Origin: Mobula birostris
Lineage: Eukaryota
Assembly: GCF_030028105.1 (NCBI RefSeq)
Contig: NC_092379.1
Location: forward strand, 28,203,821 to 28,267,820
DNA: 64,000 nt
Direction of reading: 5' to 3'
Every line of letters begins with the position of its first letter. Positions within the stretch are counted from its first letter, which is position 1. The translations under genes and the position numbers were made by a program. The notes below the pieces were generated by a model. The model was not told the DNA's origin. It was given only the letters and a program-made list of their open reading frames with translations, and did not search any database. Below are positions 62,601-64,000 of this stretch, piece by piece.

Positions 62601-64000
62601 ACCCAATTTCCCTCGGGATCAATAAAGTATGTCTATCCATCTATCTATCTATCTATCTGTCTACTTATCTAAAAGGTGAGATATTGTGAAAGGAACTAAA
62701 CACTGTCTTTAGGTTGCGCCGAAATGTTGGATTCCCGGCGCTGCTGCCCCTGTAAGAAACCTTTTGCAGGTGTGTTCTTTGCAGACGGTTGCACATAGTT
62801 CCAGGTTATCAACCCATAGCGTATACATATATGAACAGTTTGTCTCGAGTTGAAACTCCATTTACACGTGTAGGTGTGGACTGTCTTGGACATTTTAACG
62901 TGAAGGGAAGAACCAGTGCAGTGAAGAAGTATGTGGTTATATTAACCCGATCATGTATACGAGTTCTTTACATTTACGCGATATCTTCTTTGGATACACA
63001 TTATTTTGTTAGCTTTATAGCAAGAGAAATACAAGTTAGGGAACCACTCTCGGATAATACGGCAGACGTTAGTGAAGCTGAGAGTGAGGTAGGCCGGACC
63101 ATTGAAAACTGGAGCCATTCAGAGCTCATTGATGTCCTCCTACAGAAAGGAATTAAGTGGATTTCGAGCCACACCCACAAGTGGCTCATATCATGGTGGA
63201 AACTTCAGATATTAATTAGGCCTGAGTGAACGTATATTAGTTCCAATATGAAGGTATACAATCTGGACGAAGTGGTTTTTCCACGCAGTCCTTTGCAAAG
63301 AAGTGGCTATTATCAATGTGGTGCAATCACTAATGCATGCCCTGACCACACTGCTTTGGAAGAATAAACATCAAACCATCTGTTGTTTCTGAAGAGCACA
63401 CAATGCCCTTCAGGGGAGTTCCTAAAAGCAGGCATATTTACTCGTCGTAAATGGAAGCAAATAGAATATATGACGAAAATGACTCGGAAATGGTCGGCCA
63501 ATGAGTACTTACCATTGTTACCGGAACGTCATAAAATCTCAAGTATAGCGCGCATTTTCTTCGCAGGGGATATTATGATTATAGTTTAAACGCAGCGCCT
63601 CAGAACACATTGAAAATTCAAGTTTTTTTCAAGGAAGAAGATGATTTCCGCAGTAGGTGTGCATCAAATCTATCTGCCGGGGACGTTTATAAACAAGATT
63701 AGTCTTTCACTGGAGCCACTGGTTTGAGTAACTACAGTCCTAGAGATGCTGGTTGATTGTCCTGAGGATTTTGACTGAGTTACTGCCTTGACAACTCCAT
63801 TATGTGATGGTATCCTCTGGCCTAGGACATTTGCATATGTTAAGATGTTTATGGATGAAAATATCATCTCTGCTATTTCAGTTGACTGTAATAATTATGA
63901 TATTGCAATAACTGATGGCGGAGATGTAGTAGCCCTCTATCTGTTTTCTGTCTGTCTGTATTGTATATTACGTTGTTAGATTTATTGTTACGATGATTTA
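53641..64000 (+). repeat. Segmental duplication, copy 2 (runs off the window end)
   Basis: 53641-60560 matches 2-5146 plus 10901-11412 directly. 60563-62030 matches reverse-complement 21580-19885, and 62031-64000 matches reverse-complement 16250-14303. Confidence 0.96.
55690..56051. other. Assembly gap (362 N), followed by a (GAA)-rich tract to ~56135
   Basis: Run of N followed by caggaagaggaag...gaagaagaagaag. Confidence 1.

Noticed and set aside
33573-64000. D-delta, J-delta or constant-region exons
   Set aside because: I found no FGxG J with a 12-RSS, no 12/23-flanked D and no C1-set exon. They must lie outside the window if the TCR-delta assignment is right.

Overview
Transposon-saturated vertebrate genomic DNA, inferred to be from a cartilaginous fish, that looks like the V region of a TCR-delta locus. 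The centrepiece is one complete germline NAR-TCR-type cassette on the + strand (30855-33572) with open reading frames. It comprises a leader exon, an IgNAR-like V lacking CDR2, a D with two 12-RSS, a J with a 23-RSS, and a TCR-delta-like supporting V with its own 23-RSS. The J splices in frame into the supporting V, and each V has one extra Cys in the positions expected for an inter-domain disulfide. An unexpected in-frame hydrophobic ATG leader sits directly before the nominally leaderless supporting V. No D-delta, J-delta or C-delta segment was found. The start of the window (2 to ~21.6 kb) is duplicated at the end (53.6-64 kb, ~87% identical in a 60-nt spot check). The two copies differ by an L1 insertion, a hairpin insertion, a ~10.2-kb inversion, a ~3.6-kb deletion and a ~1.2-kb indel. 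The rest is L1, CR1, Rex1/Babar, Penelope, Gypsy and BEL/Pao debris, two hammerhead-ribozyme-like cores, a 1.5-kb inverted repeat and two possible V-gene relics. All alignments were done by eye, and family assignments come from remembered motifs, not database searches.
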